Positions 16,982 through 26,208 of a DNA stretch of 27,196 nucleotides are shown piece by piece; positions within the stretch are counted from its first letter, which is position 1, and each line of letters begins with the position of its first letter. The notes beneath the pieces were generated by a model. That model ran no database searches. It saw nothing but the letters and a program-made list of their open reading frames with translations, and was not told the DNA's origin. The DNA is from Conexivisphaerales archaeon (GTDB lineage: Archaea; Thermoproteota; Nitrososphaeria; Conexivisphaerales; DTJL01), in contig JBEKZX010000018.1 of the NCBI GenBank assembly GCA_049509455.1, positions 1 to 27,196 of the forward strand. The letters run 5' to 3'. Position numbers and translations under genes: made by a program.

Positions 16982-17277
16982 TTGGGATGGCATTACCAGG
17001 CATCGGGATCGTGTGGTACATCAGCGGCGTCGAGATACTATCCCTGGTAGTGGCCTTCGTCTTGGTAGCCCTGGCCTATCGCGGATACAGGAAGAGCGGA
17101 AGCAGCTCCCTCCTCCTTGCCGCCGTGGGATTCGCGATGCTGGGCGCGGCCTCCCTCACGGAGGGCATTCTCTACGTCGTAGTGGGGCTCTCCCTCGACG
17201 AGGCCCACGCATTCAGGTCCACCCTGACGCTGGCTGGACTGGTCATCCTGCTGTACTCCGTGTACAAGACGCGCTGA
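16978..17277 (+). CDS. Small three-helix membrane protein coupled to the wHTH gene
   Basis: GTGA overlap with the upstream stop; LAYRGYRKSGS..LLLAAVGF pattern of the small archaeal membrane proteins that accompany such regulators. Confidence 0.8.
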   Translation: MIGMALPGIGIVWYISGVEILSLVVAFVLVALAYRGYRKSGSSSLLLAAVGFAMLGAASLTEGILYVVVGLSLDEAHAFRSTLTLAGLVILLYSVYKTR

Positions 17278-17325
17278 TCCTGCCCGGCGCCCCCCTGCAG
17301 GGATGGGCTAGGGGACCGGCCCTGC

Positions 17326-18114
17326 CTAAGAGGGGATCCGATGGCTTTGGCGCCGAGAGTTCGGCCATGTGACGCAGTACCTGCACACGGGATCGCCGTG
17401 GCCCTTGCACGACTCGCGGGTGGTCTTCAGGCCGAGCTTCTTGTCCAGGCCTTGGTGCATGCCTTCGTCCAGGATGTCACAGACCAGATACGGAAGCTCG
17501 CTCGCCAGCTCCTGGAAGAGGCAGTTCCTCTCTTCGTAGACGACACTCTTCCGGCCAACGCTCACAACCCTGGGGTAAACCTTCATCCCCGCGAGGAAAC
17601 TCATCACGACCCTTTCCGCGTACCCGGAAGGGTCCAGTGGCTTCCCGCCTTCCTGGGACAGAAGCGACTCGCCGACCTCTTCGCCCATGCGGACCGCCAT
17701 GTCCTTCAGGACCATCTTCGCGCTCTCCGCCCCCAGCGAGTCCACCAGGCTCTTAATCAACGCCCTGCTAAGGTATTGGTAGTCCCTAGGAGGATACCCG
17801 ACGCTCCTGCCTTCTGCGAGGACGTAGGCCATGTAGCGCCGTCCCGACGGGAGGGTCCGCCGATGCGCAGTCACCAGCCCAGCGAGGACGAGTCTGTCGA
17901 GGAGCTCCTTTGCCGACTTCTCTGTCGCGCCGAGCGCTTCGGTAATCTGGGTCATGCTCGCCTCGCCATTCATCAGCAGATCGAGGGCCCTCCATCCGAG
18001 TTCAGACGAAAGGGCTTCGGCGATGGCCACCTCAGACAACGAACTGCTCCACTCAGGCTCCGTGAAGAAGACCCCTCTTAATAAAGGAGGGAGCGCTCTG
18101 CCAGCTTCTGTCAT
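17326..18114 (-). CDS. HTH regulator with a Cys-containing V4R-like C-terminal domain (COG2345/SufR-like)
   Basis: N-terminal wHTH, PPRDYQYLSRAL, ERNCLFQ...YLVCD and ESCKGHGDPVCRY. The true start may be TTG 18039. Confidence 0.85.
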   Translation of the reverse strand: MTEAGRALPPLLRGVFFTEPEWSSSLSEVAIAEALSSELGWRALDLLMNGEASMTQITEALGATEKSAKELLDRLVLAGLVTAHRRTLPSGRRYMAYVLAEGRSVGYPPRDYQYLSRALIKSLVDSLGAESAKMVLKDMAVRMGEEVGESLLSQEGGKPLDPSGYAERVVMSFLAGMKVYPRVVSVGRKSVVYEERNCLFQELASELPYLVCDILDEGMHQGLDKKLGLKTTRESCKGHGDPVCRYCVTWPNSRRQSHRIPS

Positions 18115-18365
18115 TCTCCGTGCCGTCCCGGCGTAGCAATTGTTTTAGACTTTAAGACATCCGCCTTGCCCAGTTCGTCGAGTTGGAATGCCAGCACCGC
18201 GGGCGCACCGGCCCTTTCGAATCGCGGGAACTCCACTATCTTGCTAACCGAAAGCATTTTGCATGCTATTTCCAGCTCGGCGTTCTTCTCGTCGATCATG
18301 ACGACAACTGCCGCCTTCTCAAGAAGACCGAGCACGTGCCTGGCTGAGTGGATGCAGAGATTCAC
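18111..18365 (-). CDS. Possible small hypothetical ORF between the second Rieske and the regulator
   Basis: Co-oriented and fills the gap, with an ATGA overlap at 18111-18114; no recognisable motif. Confidence 0.3.
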   Translation of the reverse strand: MNLCIHSARHVLGLLEKAAVVVMIDEKNAELEIACKMLSVSKIVEFPRFERAGAPAVLAFQLDELGKADVLKSKTIATPGRHGE

Positions 18366-18383
18366 AAAGCAGAGGCGGACGCT

Positions 18384-19349
18384 CTACATGCAGGGACTGG
18401 CCCCGCTGACCCCGGTGGGGGTGATCGCACCAGATGAATCGACCTGCAGCGCTATCTTAGGAAGGGCGTACGCCGCCGGGCCCCGAAGGATCCGCCCGCC
18501 GCTGTCGAAGACCGACCCATGGCACGGGCAGACGAAGGTCTGCGAGGTGGAATTGTATCCGACCGGGCAGCAGACGTGAGTGCAGAGGAGGCTGTACGCC
18601 TCCACGGTGCCGTCGGACAGCTTGAACAGAGCGTTGGGATGATTCTGATCGGGATAGTAGAAGGTGAAGGGAGTGCCCACTTGCAGCTCGCTCAAGTTGG
18701 CGACCGGGGCCGTTGAGCTTCCGCCGCCGCTCCCCGAGGACGATGTGCTCTGGCTCCCGCTCTGCGTGGTGCTCCCCGAGGTGCTCCCCTTGGACTGGGA
18801 GCCCGTAAGATCTATGGCGGCCAGGACGACGGTCAGAACGAAGAAGGCGCCAATGGAGCCCATGATACGAATGAAGTCCCTCCGCTGCCTCTGGCTGGTG
18901 ACTTCGAAGTACGCACCCTTTCGAGCCCGCACCTTCAACCTAGGCCCCCTAAGGTAGAGGACGATCACCAGAAACTGTGAGACAAGGAGGAGGTCGTAGG
19001 CAGGGAGACCGAAGAGATATGAAGCGAAATATGAAATGGACATGTTATAGGCGGGAGCAGTGACCAGGTCTCCCAGCTGCAGGACGATCACCCCCGCCGC
19101 CCACATGGGGGCGAGGGTATACAGGCGCCTGACACCCAGGAAGCACACCCCACCCATCAACAAAGAGACCGCGCACATGGCGATCAGCCCATACGCATGA
19201 GATACTGCTAGCCTCCAGAGGGACCCGTCGGTCAACAGCAGGTAAACGCCCGCGGCTGCGGACAGAACGAAGAATGAACCGACGAGGAGCTGAGTCCGTC
19301 TGAGCCGTCGGTCCAGGCGGTCTCCCACCTCTCTCCTATTGGGTTTCAT
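18384..19349 (-). CDS. Second Rieske [2Fe-2S] protein fused to an N-terminal 4-TM domain
   Basis: LCTHVCC and CPCHGSVFD boxes, GPAAYALP, an internal RRDFI motif followed by a TM, and a Ser/Gly/Thr linker. ATG 19349 preferred; the frame is open to 19544. Confidence 0.9.
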   Translation of the reverse strand: MKPNRREVGDRLDRRLRRTQLLVGSFFVLSAAAGVYLLLTDGSLWRLAVSHAYGLIAMCAVSLLMGGVCFLGVRRLYTLAPMWAAGVIVLQLGDLVTAPAYNMSISYFASYLFGLPAYDLLLVSQFLVIVLYLRGPRLKVRARKGAYFEVTSQRQRRDFIRIMGSIGAFFVLTVVLAAIDLTGSQSKGSTSGSTTQSGSQSTSSSGSGGGSSTAPVANLSELQVGTPFTFYYPDQNHPNALFKLSDGTVEAYSLLCTHVCCPVGYNSTSQTFVCPCHGSVFDSGGRILRGPAAYALPKIALQVDSSGAITPTGVSGASPCM

Positions 19350-19737
19350 CGCCTCAATTCCACAAGGATGTTCGCCAGCGGCTCCGAGGTGCCCCCACGG
19401 CCCTGGAGACGGGGTTACCCATCCAAGAGTCGCCGAGAAGGGCCCCTTAGTTAAACTGTATTGGCATTCTTGCAGCCGAGCTCGGCCAGCGTGGCTGGCG
19501 CGGAGCACCTTCGTCCCACTACCCGAGTCCCTACCATGGGTCACGTCTGGTTCTCATCCCGCCGGCGAAGCAACTTCTATAAGCGGCGCACTCCGCTCCC
19601 CGAATTATGGCTTCATGGACAAGCCTTCTTGCTGTCCTGCCTCTCCTTGGCCGTGGACGTCCCCGAGATGTTGCGGGCCCGACACGTCGAAAACGGCATA
19701 GCAAGAGGAATCTCCACCCTGGTAGGATAGGCCCATC

Positions 19738-20436
19738 TTGAACCCAAAGGTCTCAACCGAATTACACGCGCGCTCCGGTCTCCTCTCCAACTTCATCCTG
19801 GGAAGTCAGGATGGACTTGTGAACGTCCTCGGAATCCTGTTGGGACTGACCGCCGCCTCGAGCGGCATCCGACTGATCTTCGTCGCAGCTCTTGCAGCAC
19901 TCGTCGCTGAATCGATCTCAATGGGGGCGGTGGCCTACACATCCACCCTGGCGAGGAGGAAGCATTACCTGAAAGAGGTCAGCCGCGAAGAAGCCGAGAT
20001 GAGGGAGGTGCCACAGATCGAAAGGGATGAGGTGAGGGGAATCTTCCAAGACTGGGGGTACGAGGGCGAGGAGCTCGAGCGTGCGACCGACCTGATTGCC
20101 TCCAAGCCGAAGGCCTGGCTCGAGTTCATGATGTCCTACGAGCTCCGGCTTGAGCGGGTCGACGAATCCGAACCAAGGAGGAACTTCTTGATCGTGCTGG
20201 GCTCCACCGTCTTCGGTTCGATCATCCCTCTGGTGCCTTACCTCCTGGTGGGCAATGACGTCCTCCTGGGTGCGCTTGGCTCGGTGGCGGTCAGCGGCGT
20301 AGCCCTCTTCATTATCGGGTACTACGAGGCGAGGACGACAGTCGGGTCGATATGGAAGAGTGGGCTCCAGATGGCTGCAATTGGATTGGCCGCTGGGCTG
20401 GCTGGCTTCCTGGTAGGGCATCTAGTCGGTGCCTAG
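19738..20436 (+). CDS. VIT1/CCC1 family iron/manganese transporter
   Basis: FILGSQDGLV, AESISMGAVAY, Glu-rich cytoplasmic segment (EVSREEAEMREVPQIERDE) and GSIIPLVPY. Confidence 0.93.
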   Translation: MNPKVSTELHARSGLLSNFILGSQDGLVNVLGILLGLTAASSGIRLIFVAALAALVAESISMGAVAYTSTLARRKHYLKEVSREEAEMREVPQIERDEVRGIFQDWGYEGEELERATDLIASKPKAWLEFMMSYELRLERVDESEPRRNFLIVLGSTVFGSIIPLVPYLLVGNDVLLGALGSVAVSGVALFIIGYYEARTTVGSIWKSGLQMAAIGLAAGLAGFLVGHLVGA

Positions 20437-20467
20437 CCAGCTTAGCTATCTCTAGGTCACATGACGA

Positions 20468-20517
20468 AGCAGATTGAGTCCCAGTACTCTAGTGAAATGT
20501 CAGGCATCGAAGTACAT
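20468..20517 (+). repeat. Module C copy
   Basis: agcagattgagtcccagtactct...gtcaggcatcgaagtacat aligns to 3701-3753. Confidence 0.8.
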
Positions 20518-20601
20518 ACAGTGATTGAACCACGAATCTCCTGTACAAATAGCGACGGGGCTAGCTAGCGGGGGCTTTCGTGACTCCTCGCCTGTCTTCC
20601 A

Positions 20602-21801
20602 TCATCGAGTCATCGTCCTTCTGAACACGGGCACGGCGATCGAAGTCATGACGATCCCGAACGCTATCATCACCGCGAGGTCAATGGTCAGATCCGGTAT
20701 CCCCGCCCCCAGCACCATGACCTTCCTCAGGGCATCCGACGCGTAGGTCAGGGGTAACACCTTCGAGATGTCCTGCATATACCACGGCATCTCCTGTATG
20801 GGGAAGAACACGCCGCTGAGGAACATCATCGGGAAGATCAACGTCGTCACCATCATGGTCGCTGTCCCCTGGTCCTTCGCGAACGAAGTGATTACGATGC
20901 CCAGGCCGACGAAGCTGAATACACCCAGCAGGAGCAGCCCGAAGACCAACAGTATGTTTCCGTGAATCGTGACGCCGAACAGGCCAACCGCCAGCGCCAG
21001 GATGATGACCCCCTGCAGCAAGCCCCTAGCGGTCTGGCCCAGGGCCTTCCCCAGTATTATGGAGAGCCTGTTGATCGGCGCCACCATCATCCCGTCCATG
21101 GTGCCGACCTCCTTCTCCTGTGATATGGCCTGCGGCAACCCCGTCATCACGCTCATCATGACGGTCATCATCATTATTCCCGGAGCTACAAAATTGAAGT
21201 AATTGGTGCTTCCGGAGACGATACCCTGTACCTGCACCTTGTAGGGCTCTACGATCGCCAGGGAGTTGCTTTCATTGACGGCCGAGCTGAGCAGCTGGAC
21301 TTTCTGTTGAGCCAGCATCGTGCCCATCTCACCAAATACGCTGGAGAGGACCGTCTCGATGGTCGCGGATATCTGCGGATTGGACTGGTCCGTCACTATG
21401 GTGATGGTCCCCTGTTCTCCAGCAAGGATGCTGGCAGTGAAGTTGCTGGGGATGATGATCCCACCTTCGACGTCACCTTTCTGAATCATGGTCTTGACGT
21501 CGCTCAAGCTTGACGCGTTGGAGAGGACCATCATCCCGGTCTTGTTGTTGATCTGCTGGAGTATCGCAGTGAAAGTCTGGCTCCCGATGGTGGAACCGTT
21601 GTACCCGGCATCCTGGTTCACAATGGCTACAGGAACGTTGCTCAAGGAGGTGGCGTTGGATGGAAATATGAAGCCAACCATGCCCATCATGAACAGAGGC
21701 ATTATGATAAGAAAGGCCAGCATGAGCCTGTTCCTGAACAATTCCAGTAGGTCCTTCCAAGCTATTCGCAGGCTATGTGAAAGCAGAGTTTTCGCGCCCA
21801 T
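20602..21801 (-). CDS. ABC-2 type exporter permease
   Basis: N-terminal TM, extracytoplasmic VAIVNQD domain, EKEVGTMDGMMVAP and FLSGVFFP...LPLTYASDALR. Start ATG 21801, GTG 21810 or TTG 21825. Confidence 0.93.
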   Translation of the reverse strand: MGAKTLLSHSLRIAWKDLLELFRNRLMLAFLIIMPLFMMGMVGFIFPSNATSLSNVPVAIVNQDAGYNGSTIGSQTFTAILQQINNKTGMMVLSNASSLSDVKTMIQKGDVEGGIIIPSNFTASILAGEQGTITIVTDQSNPQISATIETVLSSVFGEMGTMLAQQKVQLLSSAVNESNSLAIVEPYKVQVQGIVSGSTNYFNFVAPGIMMMTVMMSVMTGLPQAISQEKEVGTMDGMMVAPINRLSIILGKALGQTARGLLQGVIILALAVGLFGVTIHGNILLVFGLLLLGVFSFVGLGIVITSFAKDQGTATMMVTTLIFPMMFLSGVFFPIQEMPWYMQDISKVLPLTYASDALRKVMVLGAGIPDLTIDLAVMIAFGIVMTSIAVPVFRRTMTR

Positions 21802-21821
21802 CTCTCTCACCCATTCCTCCT

Positions 21822-22826
21822 TCAAGGCCTCATGAACCGTCGGCGCGGCGCGATCGCTATCTTCTGGTCCGCAGCATCTCTTACCTCATGGCCGGTTAGG
21901 TGCAAGAAGACATCCTCGAGGGTGGGCTGCAGGTTCTCCATCGATGCGATCTTGCCGCCCTTCGCCCTTATCGCGTCGACTACGCTGTCGAACGCGTCGT
22001 CGCCGTGAGCAAGGACCTTGATATGAGTGGAGTTCTCCTGTGAGACGGAGCCCACACTCTCCAACGCTTTCAACCCGGCGAGGAGATCGGGTGTAATGTT
22101 CGAGATATCCAGTTTCAATACAATAGTGTTCGCCCCTGTAATCATCTTCTTCAGGTTCGTCGATGTGTCGAGGGCCGCGATCTTCCCGTGGTCCACGATG
22201 GCTATGCGGTCACATAGCATATCGGCGTCGACCATCGTATGCGTCGTTATGATCACGGTGGTGTGATTCTCTCTGTTGAGTTTCTTTATGAAGTCCCTGA
22301 TTTCGACGGAGGATTGGGGGTCTAAACCTAGCGTCGGCTCGTCAAGGAAGAGGACCTGCGGCATGTTGAGCAGCGCACGTATCACGTTCATCCTCTGTCG
22401 CATGCCCGTCGAGAAGGTGCCTACCTGGGCGTTCTTCCACTTTGTCAGCTGTACCAGCTCAAGGAGCTCGTCAGTTCTCTTCGCCAGGACGTCCTTGGGC
22501 ATGTCGAATAGGCTCCCGAAGAACCAGAGGTTCTCTCTGGCCGTGAGCCGATCGTACATTATCATCTTCTCCGAGACGATGCCGATCAGCTTCCTCACTT
22601 CGGTGTCATCCTTCACGATGTCGTAACCGCCGACCCTGGCAGTCCCCTTCGTGGGCCTTGACAAAGTGGAGAGCATCCGGAGGGTCGTGCTCTTCCCTGC
22701 CCCGTTGGGTCCCAGCAGGCCGAACATCTCGCCCTTCTTGACGTCGAACGAAATGTCGTCAACTGCCACGAAATCGCCGAACATCTTCGTAAGGTCCTCA
22801 ACCTCGATTATTGATTCGTTTTCCAT
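21822..22826 (-). CDS. ABC exporter ATP-binding subunit (DrrA-like)
   Basis: Walker A GPNGAGKS, signature FSTGMRQR, Walker B LFLDEPT, H-loop TTH and C-terminal PTLEDVFL. Confidence 0.96.
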   Translation of the reverse strand: MENESIIEVEDLTKMFGDFVAVDDISFDVKKGEMFGLLGPNGAGKSTTLRMLSTLSRPTKGTARVGGYDIVKDDTEVRKLIGIVSEKMIMYDRLTARENLWFFGSLFDMPKDVLAKRTDELLELVQLTKWKNAQVGTFSTGMRQRMNVIRALLNMPQVLFLDEPTLGLDPQSSVEIRDFIKKLNRENHTTVIITTHTMVDADMLCDRIAIVDHGKIAALDTSTNLKKMITGANTIVLKLDISNITPDLLAGLKALESVGSVSQENSTHIKVLAHGDDAFDSVVDAIRAKGGKIASMENLQPTLEDVFLHLTGHEVRDAADQKIAIAPRRRFMRP

Positions 22827-22854
22827 GATGGATTCGCCCGGATACTAACCGCTG

Positions 22855-22885
22855 CGATATATCCGAACAGGATATAAATATATCG
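22855..22885. promoter_or_regulatory. Inverted repeat CGATATAT-N15-ATATATCG overlapping the TATA box: putative PadR operator in a divergent promoter
   Basis: Perfect 8-bp arms seen directly; TATAAATA at 22873-22880 lies about 30 nt before ATG 22910. Confidence 0.6.
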
Positions 22886-22909
22886 AAAGGATACTCTCGC
22901 AGGAAAGCG

Positions 22910-23497
22910 ATGCTCAGGCATAATGAGGAGAGGACGGCCTCGAACTGGATCAAGGAGGCCTCAAAAGGGTACATTCGTGTCGCGGTGCTGATCCTCCTCA
23001 GCAAGCACCCTGCTCACGGCTATGAGATCATGAAGGAGATCAAAGACAGGACGAAGGGCTTGTGGATGCCCACCCCTGGCGGCGTCTACCCCATACTTAG
23101 AGACCTAGAGAAGGCCGGATACATAAAGGGGAAATGGTCCACTCAGAGAAACAGGAAGATAAAGGTCTACGAAATCACCGAAGCAGGGAGGCTCATCTTC
23201 AAACGGGCCATCGAAAAGCAGAGCGAGCTGGCCAACAGCATGAACACCCTGTTCAGAGAGTTCGCGAGAGACGTCTTGAACATAGGGCCAACAACGCTGC
23301 CGATGCCCATGATGCCAACCCCATTCTCCCCGTTCCTTGAGGAGGAGCATGGAGGTAAGGGCGGGACAGAGGGCCTGGTGCAGAAACGACGCTACTTGGA
23401 ACGCACCATCACAACGTTGAAGGAGGAGCTTCGAAAGACGGACGATGAGCTGGCAAGAAGACGTCCTGACGGAAGTGGGTTAGCCAAGCAGAAATGA
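22910..23497 (+). CDS. PadR family transcriptional regulator
   Basis: VLILLSKHPAHGYEIMKEI...PTPGGVYPILRDLEKAGYI...KVYEITEAG. Confidence 0.95.
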   Translation: MLRHNEERTASNWIKEASKGYIRVAVLILLSKHPAHGYEIMKEIKDRTKGLWMPTPGGVYPILRDLEKAGYIKGKWSTQRNRKIKVYEITEAGRLIFKRAIEKQSELANSMNTLFREFARDVLNIGPTTLPMPMMPTPFSPFLEEEHGGKGGTEGLVQKRRYLERTITTLKEELRKTDDELARRRPDGSGLAKQK

Positions 23498-24126
23498 AGA
23501 TCGCTATCTTTGGAGCGACCGGAGGAACGGGCAAGCAGCTCATCGAACAGGCGCTTGAAGCAGGGTATGAAGTTGTAGCCTACGCGCGCAATCCATCCAA
23601 GCTCGACATCCGCCATGAGCATTTGAAGGTTATTCAGGGCGAATTGGCCGATGCGGCGTTGATCGAGAGTGCGGTGAGCGGGTCAAAGGCAGTGATCAGC
23701 GTGCTGGGTCCACGGGGTGGTTCAAAGGGAAGGTCAGTTACACAAGGGATGAAGAACATCATTGCCTCCATGAAGAAACAAGGCGTAAGCAGACTTGTCG
23801 TCTCCTCTACCTTGAGCGCTAAGGATCCGAACGACAGGTCGGATTTCAAGACCCGGACTATGGTCGGAATTGTCAAGTTCACGATGCGCGATGCCTACGA
23901 AGACATAGTCAGCGCGGCGGAATTGGTCCGCAATTCCGACCTCGATTGGACGATCGTGCGCCTGTCAATCCTTAACAATGACGCTAAATCTGGAAAAGTC
24001 AGGGCTGGCTACGTAGACAAGGGCGAAGTAGGCACTTCGATTTCCCGCGCGGACGTCGCTGACTTTATGCTCAAGCAAGTGGAAGACACGAAGTACTTAC
24101 GGCGCGCGCCAGCGATAAGCAACTAG
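23494..24126 (+). CDS. NAD(P)H-binding oxidoreductase (flavin/biliverdin reductase B-like, atypical SDR)
   Basis: MKIAIFGATGGTGK Rossmann motif, DLDWTIVR and ISRADVADFML; ATGA overlap with padR. Confidence 0.93.
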   Translation: MKIAIFGATGGTGKQLIEQALEAGYEVVAYARNPSKLDIRHEHLKVIQGELADAALIESAVSGSKAVISVLGPRGGSKGRSVTQGMKNIIASMKKQGVSRLVVSSTLSAKDPNDRSDFKTRTMVGIVKFTMRDAYEDIVSAAELVRNSDLDWTIVRLSILNNDAKSGKVRAGYVDKGEVGTSISRADVADFMLKQVEDTKYLRRAPAISN

Positions 24127-24140
24127 GAACTGATGGTTTC

Positions 24141-24229
24141 GTGTTACGCATCGAAGTATACCTTGTAGTTCCACTTTGAGCTGATTAAGCGTGAGCGCCA
24201 CCTACAGGTGGACACTAGTCAGTCCGGAC
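24141..24229 (+). repeat. Degenerate patch of C core, B1 core and a further shared 16-mer
   Basis: gcatcgaagtata (24148-24160); tgattaagcg (24182-24191); actagtcagtccggac (24214-24229) matches 3779-3794 at 14/16. Confidence 0.65.
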
Positions 24230-24409
24230 GGTCGGAGATCAAATCTGGAAGTCGTATTTGACCTGGGATGCAAGCTGCCACGTAGGCGTGGCTGTTGTCC
24301 AAGACCGAGCTGACCTTGTCGTGCATATGGTGTTAGGAAGGCGAGTCGTTCCTAGGAATCTGTGAGCTCGAATGAGTAGAGAACCTTATTACTACTTCGT
24401 ACCAGGCGC

Positions 24410-24895
24410 CTAGAAATGACCCATGATGAAATCCCTGATTCCCTGATGATTGGCCAGATGACTGATGATGCTCCTCGTGGCTCTTACTACTTGCGGATCG
24501 AAGTACCTCGACATGATCAGGGAAAGGACGAATGAGAGAATACCCAGAGCCATTACCTCGTAGACATTTATCGTGCCAAGCAACGCCGTAGCAGCGATCG
24601 TAATCGCCGCGCCTATGAGGCCCATGATGGAGGCTCTTACTATGAAGTAGAGTCTTTGCAATCTCGTGGAATACAGCAGAGCCTTTATAATCACTCTCCT
24701 TTCGACATCGGTCTTCTCTCCGAGCGACGCGGTCTGTATCTCCAACAAGACCCCTTTTGTGTTTTCAAGATCGGACAAGAGCAAGGCTTTCTTCGCGTAA
24801 AGGCTCGCTGACAGATCCCAAGACTTTGCCGTTTCAAGCTCCGACTGGATCCTTTGAGCCATTGCTCCTATTTCGTCATCTATTTTGGTCGTCAT
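24410..24895 (-). CDS. Hypothetical membrane protein (coiled N-terminus, two TM helices)
   Basis: 161-aa ATG ORF with protein-like composition and no competing gene. Confidence 0.75.
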   Translation of the reverse strand: MTTKIDDEIGAMAQRIQSELETAKSWDLSASLYAKKALLLSDLENTKGVLLEIQTASLGEKTDVERRVIIKALLYSTRLQRLYFIVRASIMGLIGAAITIAATALLGTINVYEVMALGILSFVLSLIMSRYFDPQVVRATRSIISHLANHQGIRDFIMGHF

Positions 24896-25160
24896 TGTCC
24901 CACCGAATCAGGAACCCCATACATGAATCTGGAAGCCCACTATTAGACAGTTGCGTCACCCGTGAGGTCGGTCTATAGGGTCGCCAAGAGCCATTTTCTA
25001 GAGCTAACAACCGATCTAACTTGTTAGGGGGCTCTCTTGCGGCTTGACCCAGGGCAGCACGAGAGCAATCACAGCAAAGCTGAGGATTGCCGTGGCGATT
25101 ATGTTTGTCCGTCCTCCAAAGATGGGGCTTCTCAATCATAACCGGACGCTGATGGACCCA

Positions 25161-25299
25161 CCGAGACATGAATGTTGAACTGGCTTGGAGATCTATTGCT
25201 GCGGAGAAGGATCACGACATCGCGCGTCTTGTAGGCGTTAATTGAAAACAGGTTGAGTTCCATTAATCTAGCGACGTGTGGTCACGCATCGAAGTATAT
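25161..25299 (+). repeat. Modules E, degenerate B3 and C
   Basis: 25237-25299 matches 3691-3753 at 55/63; the ungapped similarity extends back to about 25189 vs 3643. Confidence 0.92.
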
Positions 25300-25527
25300 G
25301 TCGTGGTTGGACCACTACATATCAGCTAGCGTGGAAGGCATGACCAGCCCTGCGCCGCTGGGTGATAGGGCGGTGCCGCTGAAGGCGCTTCGCGAGATTG
25401 TGGAGACCTACATGGGGAAACCCCAAATACAATCCTCATGTTCAAGGATTGCGCAGAAGCCTAGCTCCCGGACGGACTTGGGCAACTTTATTAGGAGACG
25501 AAAGGCAATCGCTACCGATCAGTCAGC

Positions 25528-26208
25528 ATGCCCTATTGTGAGAACTGTGGAAAAGAGGTCCCCCCAACCTCTAAATTCTGCAGGAACTGCGGAGCTCCCC
25601 AGCCCATCACACCCAGCGAAGTTCAGCCCACGCCACCTCCTCCGCCCCCACAGGCTCAAATCGCGCAGGCACCTCAGCCTATTATGCCCGCGTCGCAGAC
25701 CCAACCTGAGACCGTCGTTGGGGCGATACCATTGAGACGGCAGAGGTCGCTGGGAAGACAAGACTCCTTCGTGGGAGTGGTGACCAGCCAACGCTTGATC
25801 ATCGCTCAGATGACCAACGAAATGATGAAGGAGGCCGCGCAACAGGCAAGGGAGCTGGCCAAAGCCGCCGGCAAGGGATTCCTTGGTCAATGGTCAGACC
25901 AGCTGAAGGCCACGTTTGGCTACACGAGAAGATACCTGACCATGGAGCCATCAGCCGTGCTCTCCGAGACGCCGGGCAACTTCGGAATCGGGAACGGCGC
26001 CATTGGCGAGATCAAGGTGGAGCTGAAGCGCATAAGCACACAGGACCAGAACCGCCGTGAGTTCGAGATCAAGATAGAATCGAGCTCCGGCGAATTCGAC
26101 TTCAGGATGGACGAAGACGACGACTACGCGAACCTCCTGAAACAGGTGTATGGAGAAAGGGTCAAGATGCCGTTCGGCTACTCCTTCCACCCTGTCAAGA
26201 TTGGGTAG
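25528..26208 (+). CDS. Zinc-ribbon domain protein with a Pro/Gln linker and a PH-like soluble domain
   Basis: MPYCENCG...SKFCRNCG double CxxC, poly-Pro linker, GVVTSQRLIIA. Confidence 0.9.
   Translation: MPYCENCGKEVPPTSKFCRNCGAPQPITPSEVQPTPPPPPPQAQIAQAPQPIMPASQTQPETVVGAIPLRRQRSLGRQDSFVGVVTSQRLIIAQMTNEMMKEAAQQARELAKAAGKGFLGQWSDQLKATFGYTRRYLTMEPSAVLSETPGNFGIGNGAIGEIKVELKRISTQDQNRREFEIKIESSSGEFDFRMDEDDDYANLLKQVYGERVKMPFGYSFHPVKIG

Noticed and set aside
16541-16993. 150-aa N-terminal extension of the beta-helix ORF
   Set aside because: It overlaps the wHTH gene on the other strand and precedes the signal-peptide-like segment.
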